Below the pieces are notes generated by a model. That model did no database searches and was not told the origin of the DNA. It was given only the letters and a program-made list of their open reading frames with translations. From contig OX638150.1 of the NCBI GenBank assembly GCA_951804945.1, positions 67,270,001 through 67,334,000 on the forward strand: a stretch of DNA of 64,000 nt, given 5' to 3'. Position numbers and translations under genes: made by a program. This DNA comes from Podarcis cretensis. Lineage: Eukaryota. Shown here piece by piece: positions 51,391 through 64,000 of this stretch. Position 1 is the stretch's first letter. Every line of letters begins with the position of its first letter.

Positions 51391-52964
51391 CTACAACCAA
51401 TCAAAGGACTTGTTGTAAATTAGTGAACACAGCCCCACTCCAGTAGCAGTTCACATCAAATATTAAATTTTATATTTAAATAGCTTGTACGTGGAGTCAA
51501 GATATACAGTTCTGGGAAATGGTGCAATCCATCAAGCGTATTGAAGCTCAAGTACTTAAGGGCACAGTTCTCAAGTCAAATTCTGTCCCTCAATACAAGA
51601 TATTTTACCAATGATGGCTGTTATACAAGGATGGTTGTCATGGTACAAAAACTGAAATATGTGGAAATCCTGCAAACCGGGCTGCAGGAAGAAAACCTGG
51701 GTGTGTATGCAATCGTACTCTTGTGCTTTCCTTTGACTAGTTTGTGGGGAGTTTCCACCCTCAGTTTTTCCACTATTCTGGCATGCACAAGCATGGAAGA
51801 GAGCACCACAAATGATCATGCGTTAAATGAAGATTGATTCAGAAGGGTGATAGTCCAATGAAAACAAAATGTCACAAGGCATATACATGGCTGAAGTCTT
51901 TCTTTCCTTCTTTTTTGTACACAAACAAACCTGTCAAATCGAATTATGCCTGCTTTTATGGTTCAGTTATATTCCACCACATGTACATCAAGGCAAGTGG
52001 GCTATATTCGACTTCGTAATTTCAGTAATAATTTACCAAGGTTGCATGGAACGCAAAACTGGTGAAGAACCAGTGTAGGCTTGGAAGAAATATCACACAG
52101 TAAAGATTAATGCAATTCTAACTCAGGTACTAGATATAAGAAACAGAACAAGTCTTTTATTGGAGAAATGCCTTTGTTTGCTTATTATGCTGCATAGAAT
52201 GAAAAATTTAAAAAGGCCTCCTTACATGTTAAATCTTGTGAGACTGAAAGCAGGAATGACTTGCACAGGGTTTCAGATTCAAGGTTTTAATGCATAAAAC
52301 CTGCACTGGTATTCATTTTTTAATAAGTTTGCTTTCTTTTCAGAATAAGAACATTGAAAGTCCCAGTTGTAGATACTAATGATTTATTTACTACAAAATA
52401 TAGTATTTTTACTATTCTTTCCTACACATTTTTTATCAAAATAGTAAAGATTAGCCTCTGCACTGGTCATTGTTCTGTACATCTCCTTATGTCAAGTTTG
52501 AGGGCCAAACTAAATAGGATGATTGCCACAGGTGGGGATTTCTGAGCAGGAATGGGAATGCTGTACACAAGGTGGGCTTCATTTAATCAGAAATGCTACA
52601 GTTCCTCCCAAGCTATTAGCCCTAAAAGGAAAGCCCCCATTCAAATTTTTAAAATTGTGGACATTAATTGGCCCTCTGAGAGAAATACATACAAAAAATA
52701 GGCACTTTCCGCAGATATATATATTTTCTGTGAAGGAAAATGTTTGGGTGAAGCAACTCTCTGCCACCATATCTTTAATAAAGGGCTTTAGGCTTCTAGT
52801 TGACAGTTTCCTCCTCTGAAAGTACCGAAAAAGTGATGGCCTTAGCTGTTGCCGTTTGTCCTTAAAAGATTTCACCTCTGAGCAGTCACACCCTTCCAAG
52901 GAGTACCAGCAGCTCAATTATTCTGCTTTTAGTGTTTGCGTACATTATATGGGTTACATCACAG

Positions 52965-53096
52965 NNNNNNNNNNNNNNNNNNNNNNNNNNNNNNNNNNNN
53001 NNNNNNNNNNNNNNNNNNNNNNNNNNNNNNNNNNNNNNNNNNNNNNNNNNNNNNNNNNNNNNNNNNNNNNNNNNNNNNNNNNNNNNNNNNNNNNNN
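52965..53096. other. Assembly gap (132 N)
   Basis: Run of N. Confidence 1.
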
Positions 53097-55004
53097 CTCC
53101 ATCTGCTGCTCTCAACTCGGTTAATTAAACTAGAACCATCGCCTTTTTAATAAATGGCTGGCAGTAATAAAAGGAACAATTCCCTTTCTAATACATGTGT
53201 ACTTGTATTTCTTTTTAATGCTATTTTATTTTAGTCAATTATTAGGAAGTCATACTTCATTTTCTGATAGGAGCATCTCCCTTCAGAATGTACATGGATA
53301 TGCTATCAAATAGGAGATTTTAACAACTGCAGTAACAAGACCCTCCTAAAGTCTTATAATAGGTGAATTATGTTGTAGAGCATATCCAAAAGACAGACAG
53401 ATTGGGCATTTACCAGTATAGATCTTAAATCATTATGGGAAACTGTGATGGAGTTTTATGCAAAGATAAGCATCACTTTTATCTAAGCAGCTTGATGATG
53501 TACAATACATTTGCGCTATCCAGAAGATGGAAACAAACAGTATTTACATAGCATTGCATGGCATATGCAACCACATGCACATGTCTTGTCCGTAAACACT
53601 AGCATACTTAAATGATTACAAATTTCAAGACCATGGTTATTTGAACTAGCAGTGCTAATTTAGACAATACAGGTAAATGATACCAAACAGTCAATTTAAA
53701 AGTAACAACCGTATGGCAAATGCTTGAGCCAGTTAAAAATCAGGTGAAATCTTTTGGGATTAATCTGCTTCTGCACATATTTTGGTGGTCCCATGCTCTA
53801 TCTAGTTGCTTCCTCAGAAAACACAGAACGCTTACTCAAAGCTAACAGCAAGTCTATGAAGATGGTTACTTAGGATGCAGTGCCAGCACAGCCACCTGGT
53901 GTTGATAGTCGTGCAACAGGGTGAGCTAACAACTACCATTTCCATATGAAGCACTGCACAAATCTGTTTCATTTTCATTTTCTATCCTCTATTAAATGAT
54001 AGAGATTTGTATTAGGCATTGCTCAATGTATTTACCCCCCTTCTTGGGGGGAAAAATGCTTCCCAGTGTCTTGGTGTGGACTAGTTGTTTGGGAGGCACC
54101 TCCACAAAAACATGAGATTTCCATGCCCCTATCTTTACAAAAGAGATCAATGCCTATTGTGGCCCCTTTTGCTATTTTGTGCGTGCCACAAGCTAATGGA
54201 GCCATGCTCTTTACAGCAAGCAGCACACAGGTTAGGGAAAGTGACCTCCTTAGGAAGGACAGTGCTAATCTTCACAACATCATTAGCTAGCCTCAAAGAC
54301 TCCCAAGTGAGAGCTGTCGTTATAAATTAACTCCTTCCATCTGTCTCCTTAGGGCAGCAGAAGATGCTATTTGTGGTGGCCAGCTGGTAATGTGTCTCAT
54401 CTCTAGGACATCTTCTAAATGCTGATGTGGAAAGAGCGGGTAAGCTTAACTTCCACTAAAGGAGTGAAAACAGAATAATCGGCAGTCAAATGGCAAATCC
54501 AGAAAAGTTTTCTCAAAAGAAAGATGAGCATGTTCTGTTCTCACAGCAACAGTCTATAAGATCAGGGTTTTTCCAGATAGGGATTTAAATTAATAGTTGA
54601 GCACTCCTTCAAATTATGAGATACTGGCTGTGGCTGAGATCTAAAGAGCTCCATACACAACTGGAAAACTGCTTGAGGGTGGGGGCATTTTCAAGTCATA
54701 CTGAATCCTACCCCATAAATCCTTTGGCTTTCAGGAGATACTTTTTAGGAAGTCGTAAGGGAGTGCAATAAAAACAGGAACTTGAAAACCCCAACCTATT
54801 TGCCTCTTGGGATTCTTAATCTGTTTAAGTTGTTGCATCAACTTTAGATTTGTGGAGAACAAGGGGAATATCAACATTATTTATAATAGATGATCTACCT
54901 GTAGATAACTGGAATGAGAGTTGAACATTTTATTATATCCAGACATGTTTCAAGTGTTGTAAGAAATGCTCCTCTCTCTGTATTTATTTGTAAGACCAAA
55001 TATA

Positions 55005-56637
55005 CCGTATTTTTCCTTCTATAACACGCAGATTTTTTTCTCCTAAAAAGGAAGGGGAAATGTCTGTGCGTGTTATTGAGCGGATGTGTGGTCCCTGGAG
55101 CCAATTGGTGCGAGGGGAGGCAAAAAAAAGCAGGCAAAAATCAAATCGCGTCTCCTAGAAGGGAAACTTGAAAAGAGGAAGCGGCTGCTTTCCGGCATTC
55201 TGCCTCAGGGTCTTACTGCCCACCCATCTCTGTTTCCTTGCTGTGTTTGCTCAAACGGAATAAAGAGCAGGGAAAGCCCCTCCCCTCCAGGCAAGCAGAG
55301 GGGAAAGCTGAAAACATGCAGAAGGGAGAGAGAGAGAGAGAGCGCGCGCGAGCTGGCTGGCTTGGGTGGGTAGGTGAGGGAAAACTTTTGCCTTCCTTTC
55401 CTCCCTACCCCTCTCCTGCATTCTTAGCCAGCTGCTTCTCTGCACACCCCTCTCCTGCTCCTTGTCCCTTCTGTGTTTTTCCTTCCCTCCCCACTTAAAA
55501 TGTGGTTTAAAAGCATGGATCCACATGGATCCTCAGGATCTTTGCAGTGGGTCAGCCCAAATTCACCATCAGATCACATAGCATGTCCATGGCTACAGCC
55601 TGCCCCCCAAAAATCACGCACCCACTATTGCCTGGGGCTGCAATGGTGCAAAAATGTGGTTAAAAAGCATGGATCCACATGGATCCTAAGGATCTTTGCA
55701 TTGGGTCAGCCCAAATTCACCATCAGATCACATAGCATGTCCATGGCTACAGCCTGCCCCCCCAAAATCATGCACCCACTGTTGCCTGGGGCTGCAATGG
55801 TGCAAAAACGTGGTTAAAAAGCATGGATCTACATGGATCCTCAGGATCTTTGCATTGGGCCAGCCCAAATTCACCATCAGATCACATAACATGTCCATGG
55901 CTACAGCCTGCCCCCCAAAAACCACACACCCACTGTTGCCTGGGGCTGCAATGGTGCAAAAACGTGGTTAAAAAGCATGGATCTACATGGATCCTCAGGA
56001 TCTTTGCATTCAGTCACCCCAAATTCACCATCAGATCACATAGCATGTCCATGGTTACAGCCTGCCCCCCAAAAATCACGCACCCACTGTTGCCTGGGGC
56101 TGCAATGGTGCAAAAACGTGGTTACAAAACATGGATCCACATGGATCCTCAGGATCTTTGCATTGGGTCAGCCCAAATTCACCATCAGAGCACATAGCAT
56201 GTCCATGGCTACAGCCTGCCCCCCAAAAATCACGCACCCACTGTTGCCTGGGGCTGCAATGGTGCAAAAACGTGGTTACAAAACATGGATCCACATGGAT
56301 CCTCAGGATCTTTGCATTGGGTCAGCCCAAATTCACCATCAGAGCACATAGCATGTCCATGGCTACAGCCTGCCCCCCAAAAATCACGCACCCACTGTTG
56401 CCTGGGGCTGCAATGGTGCAAAAACGTGGTTACAAAACATGGATCCACATGGATTCTCAGGATTTTTGCATTGGGTCACCCCAAATTCACCATCAGATCA
56501 CATGTCTGTGGCCACAGCATGAAGCACAAAAATGATACATCCACTGTTTTATTCAGAATGTTTTTTCCCTTGTTTTCCTCCTCTAAAAACGATGTGCGTG
56601 TTATGGTCAGGTGCGTGTTATAGAGCGAAAAATACGG
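55005..56637. mobile_element. Tc1/mariner (Tc2/pogo-like, CCGTA ends) non-autonomous transposon carrying an internal tandem array
   Basis: 26-bp TIRs CCGTATTTTTCCTTCTATAACACGCA / reverse complement CCGTATTTTTCGCTCTATAACACGCA (2 mismatches); TA on both sides. Subterminal GTGCGTGTTAT repeats. No transposase ORF. Confidence 0.88.
55497..56503. repeat. 154-bp tandem repeat, ~6.5 copies
   Basis: ATGGATC(C/T)ACATGGAT recurs at 55515, 55669, 55823, 55977, 56131, 56285 and 56439, an exact 154-bp period. Confidence 0.97.
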
Positions 56638-59179
56638 TATGTGTACACCTGCTGTTGTCAATATTATGAGGAGGACTGAACAATCTGCCCATTAACACTC
56701 CATTTACATATGAGGCTGTGCGAAAGGCCGGTAATACAGCATCAATGCAAACAAGATCAAATACAATGCTGAGCTGCATAGGAGCCACTCAAAATAAAGT
56801 GTTTCCCACACAGCTGCAGATGTGTCTAGAACCCTAACCCTAACTCATTGTGTGTTGTCTAGAACCCTAACCCTAACCCATCCTTTTCTTTAGCCACAGG
56901 GATGGCTCTGTGCCTATAAGATTAGCAGGACTTCAGTGAGTGCTTCAAATTAGTGGGAGCCCATGGTAGTAGAGAGGTATGGGTCATGTATGCAATGGCT
57001 CTTGCTACAAAGCTTAACAGAAACACACAGTTTCAGTGAACCATAAAGGAAAATTATTGTATTCCAAATATTCTATCACTGTAGAATATTCCATATGCCA
57101 AAAAAGAAGCAATATCTATCTACATTGTGTTATGATCAGGTTTTAAAGGGAACTATGAAACCAGATGGTAGAGAAAAACACAATTAAAGTTAAAAGTAGA
57201 ATGTTTCTAAGAAGATTGAGATCAAGAACTTAAAAGATGTTGACACCATTCCTGCATGAAAACACAACTTAAGGAAAGTGGAGGGATTGAGCACTGTTTA
57301 TGTATGTTAAAAACCCAGTAAAAAAATAATGGTAGACAAACTGAAGAGATATTTGCTGGGGAAAGAAATCTCAATGCCTAGTAACAAAGACCCAGCAAAG
57401 AGACTCCATTAGTTTCTATACAATTACCAGAAACCTTTATTGCCCTAGCCCAAGGCGATGGCCTCATCTAAAAAACAGTCTAGATATATGTATTTCTTAA
57501 TATGGACAGCTTCCAGTCACGTTTGCTGCCATTTAAAATACATCTACTCACAAGAATTCAGAATCCAAAATCATACTAAATACAAGGATATAATGCCGAC
57601 TGTCATTCTCCAGTATACTGACAGGAGAAGAATTCCTGTGCCTCTGCAAAGTTTTCAAGCTGCTGCTTGCATTCTCTAAGGAACCCTTCAAAAGCAGGGA
57701 CTGGCAGGGGGCAAAAGGATAAAGCTTAATAGCTGTGGCCTAAAGTCCTGCTTATGAGAAGATCATTTCATGTTATTATCACTGTGTAATTAATATACAC
57801 AGGACAAAATAATAATAAAATAATAGTAATCCTGTGGGCAAAAAAAATTGATTGCAACTGTTTGAAATGTTGCTTGGGTTTAATGCATAGTAGAAGTTCC
57901 AGATTTAGCCAATCATGTATACCCTTCTGCACCCAGAGAAGGATTCACACTAAGATGTTTGTGCAAGGCTCACCAAAGGTCACCAAAACGCCAGCTGTTT
58001 GTGGGTCATGGGACCTGTTTGCACAAGGTGCTTCAATTTTATTTAATCCCCCCTCCCCTTATTATCCCACACTGTTGCAGAGCACCCCCTGTCCCACTGG
58101 AGCATCTTTTTAGTGGATGCAGGGGGCTGCTTTTGGAAGAAGATGGCAGGAAAGTCTCCTTGCGGGAGCACTTCCATGGAACCAGCCCCATGTTGAAAAT
58201 TTGTATAGGAGTAACAAATTCTGGCAGAATCATGACACTTCACAAAGCCCAAAAGTACAGCCACACCTTTTCAGAAGCTCGTGGCATTGTAAATGGGGGA
58301 TGAAAAGGGGTGGGAAATAATCTTTCCACTAACAACGTTAATGCTGTGTGCTGAATCTGTTGAGAAATTCTTCCTTCAAGAGAAAGCACTGTTTCAGTTA
58401 CATAGCTCTTAATCCTCTTCTTAATTTGCTCACAGGTAATGTGGATTATAAAACTGCAGCTATCAACATCTAGCCACCTAATATAAGATTGATGATTCTA
58501 CAATCACGCCAGCAGAGCAGTGAAGATATGTAAATAGAACCATCTTAATATTTCATGCCAGCCAGAGACAATCTTCCTTACTTTGTCCTGATACGGCTAT
58601 TCATTGGTTTTTTTAAATATACCAAACATGCACTCCATTATAGAAAGTAACATTTACTTTACTTAAGCCTCAGTTTCACTAGTCGCCTACATTGGAGTGA
58701 ATGAATTGAACAGTTTTGAAGTGACCAAGAAACATAGTTATTTCTGAGGTCACCCAGGAGTCAATGGACAGGAAACAAAAATAAGAAGTAATAAGGTCAC
58801 TTTTGCTGTACACATTAGATGTGACTTGTAAGTCAGCTACTCTCACCACTGCCTCTCTCTCCATGTGTAACACGAGAAGTGTTGAAATCTGACTGGATTA
58901 CATGCTTTTAAAATTAATTATGAATAACATTGCATTTCAGCCACCAGAGTTCCTGACAAACTGACTTAGCTGTGAATCTTTCTAAGCTGCTATGGTTATT
59001 ATTAATCTATACAATATGGTAATTTGCATGTGGTTCTATGAAAAGCAGCTCTACATTTAACTGACTGATACAGTTTCCCTTCGCTTCCTAATGCACACCT
59101 TTGATTTCAGCAGAATTTAAATGTACTAGACTCACAAGCTACAGCTACTGCTCAAACAGAACACAGAAATAAATTTTAC

Positions 59180-59252
59180 CTGTTGGGACTGATTGATCAG
59201 TACCATCGAACAAAAGATCGACCAGGTCACCGGATGACTTGCTGCCAGGAAC
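59180..59252 (-). CDS. CLINT1: CLINT1 coding exon
   Basis: VPGSKSSGDLVDLLFDGTDQSVPT(G). ccttAG acceptor, GTAAAA donor; phase 0-1 fits neighbours. Too short for the ORF track. Confidence 0.9.
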
Positions 59253-62200
59253 CTAAGGACAAGCACAATTGAACTGTTTTAAGAAATATGGTTATGAATA
59301 TGCAAAGGTGTGTGTGTGTGTGTTTTAGGGCAACTGAATGAGGACTGTTTGTGGAAAGAAATTGGAAAACTGGAGTAACAGAGAGAAAAATAGATCTGTG
59401 TAGCATTTATGACAGCCTTCATCAAACACTGGTTGTTACTGGAAATCAACTTATATTAAGAGAATTACAAAACTGAAGAATATAAAGGAAGTTATTATTG
59501 TGCAACTTGATAACAAGGATTCTAAACTGTTACCTCCCATCTGACAATGTGAGGAGAGGTGCAAAAATATTTTTAGAAAATACAACCATTCCATATAACT
59601 ATTAAACATAGCAAAGGCTGAACCATTTCTTAAAATATTTCCCACCTTTATAGTTTTGCTAACATGCCTTAAAATTTCATTTTGAGACATTCAAAATACT
59701 AGAAACATCACTTGGTCAATTATAAGCTGCCTAGAGTTTTAAAGCTTGATATCTTTCTGCTTATAACTAAATTTGTATAGCCTTCTTTGTGCTTTACAAT
59801 ACTTTTTAATCCTCTGGTTATTACTGCCTTACCTCTGGGATTATTCCAATTAAAATGAAAGGCTGATATTAGGAGTGTGATGTCTAAAGGCACCAAAGAA
59901 ATTCAGAGTTGACTTTGAGATTTGAACTCAGCATCCCAAAATGAATATATTTAATTGGAAGTAACTTCTTCATTTCCTGAAGTAATTACTTCCAAGCAAC
60001 TATGGTTAAAACAGCATCCCACCCCAAGTAGGCCCATCTTCTTTTTGGGGGGAAATTGGAATAAAGTGACTGTTATACCAAAGGTGGAAGGTATATTTTA
60101 GGTTCTGCTTCTTTGATAAAATTAGCAAAATGCTAGATACCAGAAAAGCATAATTTAAGAAATTTCTGTCACAAAGTAGAGGTAGTGTGATTTCTTCTTC
60201 TGCTACAAGGAAGGAAATGTATTTACCAACACAATCCATGCATTAAAAATCACAATATTATCTTGTTGCATTTGACTAAATCCTAGATTTTTGTACACAT
60301 TCACAAAGGACGGCAATGGATGAAAAGTTGCTGTTCCTGGAGTACCATGTAATATTAATAGACCATAAACCTTGGCACAAAGACAAGTACATCTATGGTA
60401 AACTCTATGCACCTGGGGGTTTCTAGAAAACTTGCTCATTACAACATTAGCGATTATGTAGACACAGGGCTCACTTTAATTTGCTTTTAAGAAGTTCCCT
60501 CCAGTACACTTGCTGAAGCCTCTCACTCTTGGGTGGATGGGGAAAATAATTGGAAGCAAAAAAAAGTCCAGGGTAACAAGAGGGGAAGGATGCAATATCA
60601 AACTTAAGGTGGCAATCCAATACACACCTGCCTAGGAAATAGCAACCATTGAAAATAGCAGGCTTCCTTCTCAGCCAGCATGTTTAGGACTGCACTGTAA
60701 AAGCACCTGTGGATTTAATGAAGTCTGGGAGAACAAGATTTGTCCCATCTAAGCAGCAAGCATGTGCAGCAGATTCTCAACTTGGGGTGCAACTGAAACA
60801 TGACACTTGGAGAAGGTGAACTTACCTATGCTGCAGTGCACCAACATCTTTTTGATCCTGGGCCCCCAGCCACTACACATGCAATAACTAGCACACAGGC
60901 ACAATGTCTGCCCAGGCAAAAGACTTGAGGCATACAAACAGATCCAGTTTAAAGCACAACCTCTAGACATGTGCAACCCTACATGGTTAAGTTCTTCTTC
61001 CTTGCCCTATGCCAAATATAAATTGGTAGCAAAGTACATGTCTGGGTATGGGCTTAAAGGACAGGGCAGACCGAGAATTTAAAATTTCAGAATATAGTAA
61101 TACAGTGGGCCAGCCACGTATGCAAGGGTTCAGTTCTGGAGGCCCTCCCGCAAAGGAAAAATTGCATAAAGTCAGGAACCCCCAGAGCCCCAACCCCTGA
61201 AATCACTCCTACCTCTCCAAAACAAACCTTGCTTACTGGGCTCTGAGAAGGTCGACATGCTCCCAGAGCTCTCATGCCTCTTTTCCAAAGCCTGATAAGC
61301 AAGGCAGGGGGCTTAAAAAATTCTGTTTATTTAAAACATTTGTACCCACACAGTTGCTTCCAACAGAACAAAATATAAATAAAAAAATCAACTACACAAA
61401 TTAGATAGAACTTGCATTTCTAGATCACATATTTTTCATGCCTTTTTGTTCGAATGTTTAAGCTTTTCCTCTTTCTAAAGTGAAATTCTTATACAAAGTT
61501 CCTTGCCTTTTCTGAGGGCATCTTCAAATTAAGTTACTGAACAGAGATACTTTGGGCACACTAGATGCATACATTAACTGCACAATTTTGATATAAAGGA
61601 TCTGCTTGCTGGTGGATCAGTGCACTACCATATGGTCTTTAATTTAGGGAATACTTAAAATTTGTACCATCTGATTATAGCTTCACTAAGTTTAACCACC
61701 AGAGCTGTCAAACTGCTGTTTTTACAATTGGGCTAATTTAAATAGTTACAGTGGAAAGGGAACACTATAGCTTTTCTTCATTGTTTCCTGACTTCCTTCC
61801 TAAGTAGCATCACTTTAAGCACAGACTCGGCAGTGCCAGAAAAGTAATATGCATCCTCTTTGCCTCCATCTTTGTGGGCAAGAAAAAAACCCACTGCATT
61901 ACGGCAGAAGTAAAACATGCTTTCACATTATGGTCTTAGTGTACTTACCTCTGTAATATAGATACAATCTCTAGTATTCTAGCTTCCCTGAGGCTGACAT
62001 GGGAGTTTTTAAAACTGCCCATCTGTTCACTTCATGTCTTCAATCTCCCTGCAATTTTGAGCTTGACAGATTCCATCAAACAATGACTTCTGATTCCCCT
62101 GGTCTTCAGACATGAAGTGATCCTTCCACTTCCTGAGAATGCTTGCAAAGGTGTGGCAACAGATTTTATCTCATTTCTCTACTTTATAACAAATAAAAAC

Positions 62201-62734
62201 TGAACTGAAGAGGTGGAATGCTCAACCTGGATTACATTCAGTGTACATTATACTTCTATTATATACAGAGTTGTGTTTGATTACAACCTGGATTACAATA
62301 CAAAATGGAAGTAACCCTAACACAGGCGTCCACAATTTTAGCCTGGCTAGGTTCTAGCTCCAGGCAAGCTTGGTGATGCTTGGTGGAGGTTTTGAGAGTG
62401 CCTTTGTCCAGCAGCAGCCAAGGAAGCCTCCACTTCTCTTTCCTGCTATGGAGGAGGAAAGGATGAGAGTAGGAAAGGATGACGAGAGGCTAAGCTACTC
62501 TTCCGCAAAGTTGGGAAGAAGGATGCTCACAGTACACAAAGCAAGCAAAAAATGCCAAATCCTGGACTGGTAGGTAATCACAGTGCTCCATCGTAGGTGG
62601 GTCCTTCCGGTAACAGATGATACAGCAGTTTCCCTGTCTGCTGAAGTCAGAAACCTAATGGAATGCCTAGGTCCCTCCGCCTTTACTCCTGAATAGGTGC
62701 CAGAAGCAAGGTGATTCTTCTGCTTCTGGAGAGG

Positions 62735-63005
62735 GGACATCTGGCCAGTGTGGTGTAATGGTTAAGAGCGATAGACTCGTAATCTGGGGAACCGGGTTCG
62801 CGTCTCTGCTCCTCCACATGCAGCTGCTGGGTGACCTTGGGCTAGTCACACTTCTCTGAAGTCTCTCAGCCCCACTCACCTCACAGAGTGTTTGTTGTGG
62901 GGAAGGAAGGGAAAGGAGAATGTTAGCCGCTTTGAGACTCCTTCGGGTAGTGATAAAGCGGGATATCAAATCCAAACTCCTCCTCCTCTTCTTCTTCTTC
63001 TTCTT
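62735..63005 (+). mobile_element. MIR/Ther1-derived CORE SINE (Squam3-like), fairly young
   Basis: A box TGGTGTAATGG, B box GGTTCGCGTCTC, core gggtgaccttgggctagtcac, tail gttagccgctttgag...aaagcgggatat followed by (CCT)n(CTT)n. Confidence 0.8.
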
Positions 63006-63659
63006 GTCATGCTGATCATGCTTCCAGGATCACCTACAGGCAGCTACTATTTTAGGCACATCTGATATGTGTGCCCGACCACACGCACATTGCACTGAAC
63101 CCGGAAGTGAACAAAAAGGTCCCAAAAGGGGGCGGGGCAGATGGGGCATCTACAGGCCTTTTCAAATATAATTTGAAATTAGCATGTTTAATTTCAATTA
63201 AACATGTGGTGCCTTGGAATGTAACCCCCACATAAATTGGGAGTTGCCTGTACAGGTAAACAAGTTCTACATGGAGCTTCCCTTGAGACTAAGAAGTTCC
63301 AAGTAGTGCTGAATGCTTATGTTGATAGCTGTTGAAAGGCCAAACATACTTTAACCTATTCTACAACAACCTGCCCTAGTTTCTTACCTTGAAGCCCTTC
63401 ACAGCTTGGGATTCAAACACCCTGGAGACTGTCAAAACCCATATCAACCTAGGTGCTGCGTCATTCTTTGGTCTGAGCTTGTTCTATATGCCTAAATCAC
63501 ATGAGATGAGGAGCAACTGCTTAACCCAAATGCAGTTCCAGTGCTTTCAGTGAATTACTCCCTATGGCACACTTGAAGACTCCAGATTTATTACCTTTAA
63601 TGAAAACAGTACTTGATTAGGAAAAATGCAAATTCAAAGGTACAGTTGTGCCCTCCTAC

Positions 63660-63900
63660 CTTTGCTGTAGATTGCTGAGTGTAAGCATTCTGGTCTGGAC
63701 TTCCTTTGTCCCCTGTGTAATGTGCAGCTGCTCCCAGGTCAATGGTTTTGGAAGGGTTTGCTGTGCGCTTGTGTCTGGTGGTGGTGGTCTCTGTGGCTTG
63801 TGTAATATGGATGTGTTTTGTGGTCACTGTCTCCTCCTCATCTTTGAATTCTCCTTTAGGCGATTTAGCTTTTCTAGATCTCTTTTCCTCATCGCTATCA
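63660..63900 (-). CDS. CLINT1: CLINT1 coding exon (most 5' exon in the window)
   Basis: DSDEEKRSRKAKSPKGEFKDEEETVTTKHIHITQATETTTTRHKRTANPSKTIDLGAAAHYTGDKGSPDQNAYTQQSTAK. ttcacAG acceptor, GTAGGA donor. ENTH-domain exons lie beyond the window. Confidence 0.96.
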
Positions 63901-64000
63901 CTGTGAAGGGAGGAAACAACAAAAACCATATTATAGACCAAAAGGGGAACAAAAGAACTTGAAAAGGTAGCTAGCAAAGCTATCTTGTCATCAACATCTT

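Noticed and set aside
32774-53150. ORFs containing long X runs at the three N blocks
   Set aside because: Artefacts of translating assembly gaps.
55473-56623. Several 90-134 aa repetitive ORFs; superficial CRISPR-like periodicity
   Set aside because: These are by-products of the 154-bp tandem unit cycling frames. There are no unique spacers or cas genes, and the context is vertebrate.

Overview
Vertebrate genomic DNA, most likely a squamate; the young Sauria SINE and Bov-B content suggests a lacertid-type lizard (inference). It covers the conserved THG1L-LSM11-CLINT1 block, matching the human 5q33.3 order from recall. + strand: THG1L coding exons 2-6 (3-4387) and the complete 4-exon LSM11 (CDS 7797-20480, 344 aa) with a CpG-island promoter and a probable ~5.5-kb 3'UTR. 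- strand: the last six coding exons of CLINT1/epsinR (63900 down to stop at 45613), convergent with LSM11. The rest is intronic/intergenic DNA rich in transposons: two nearly identical young Sauria SINEs (one nested in a Penelope-like fragment, with two nested TSD pairs), a 5'-truncated but uninterrupted Bov-B LINE, Tigger-, Tc2- and hAT-type MITEs, L2/CR1/CORE-SINE remnants and a probable solo LTR. There are three N gaps. I found no convincing new multi-gene system. The best candidates for something undescribed are (i) a duplicated ~80-bp hairpin-forming element in the two introns flanking one CLINT1 exon, (ii) a 154-bp x ~6.5 tandem array growing inside a Tc2-type MITE, and (iii) a compensatory base-pair swap in the 3' stem-loop shared by the Bov-B LINE and the Sauria SINE. 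Repeat-family names and comparisons to human proteins are from recall, not database searches.
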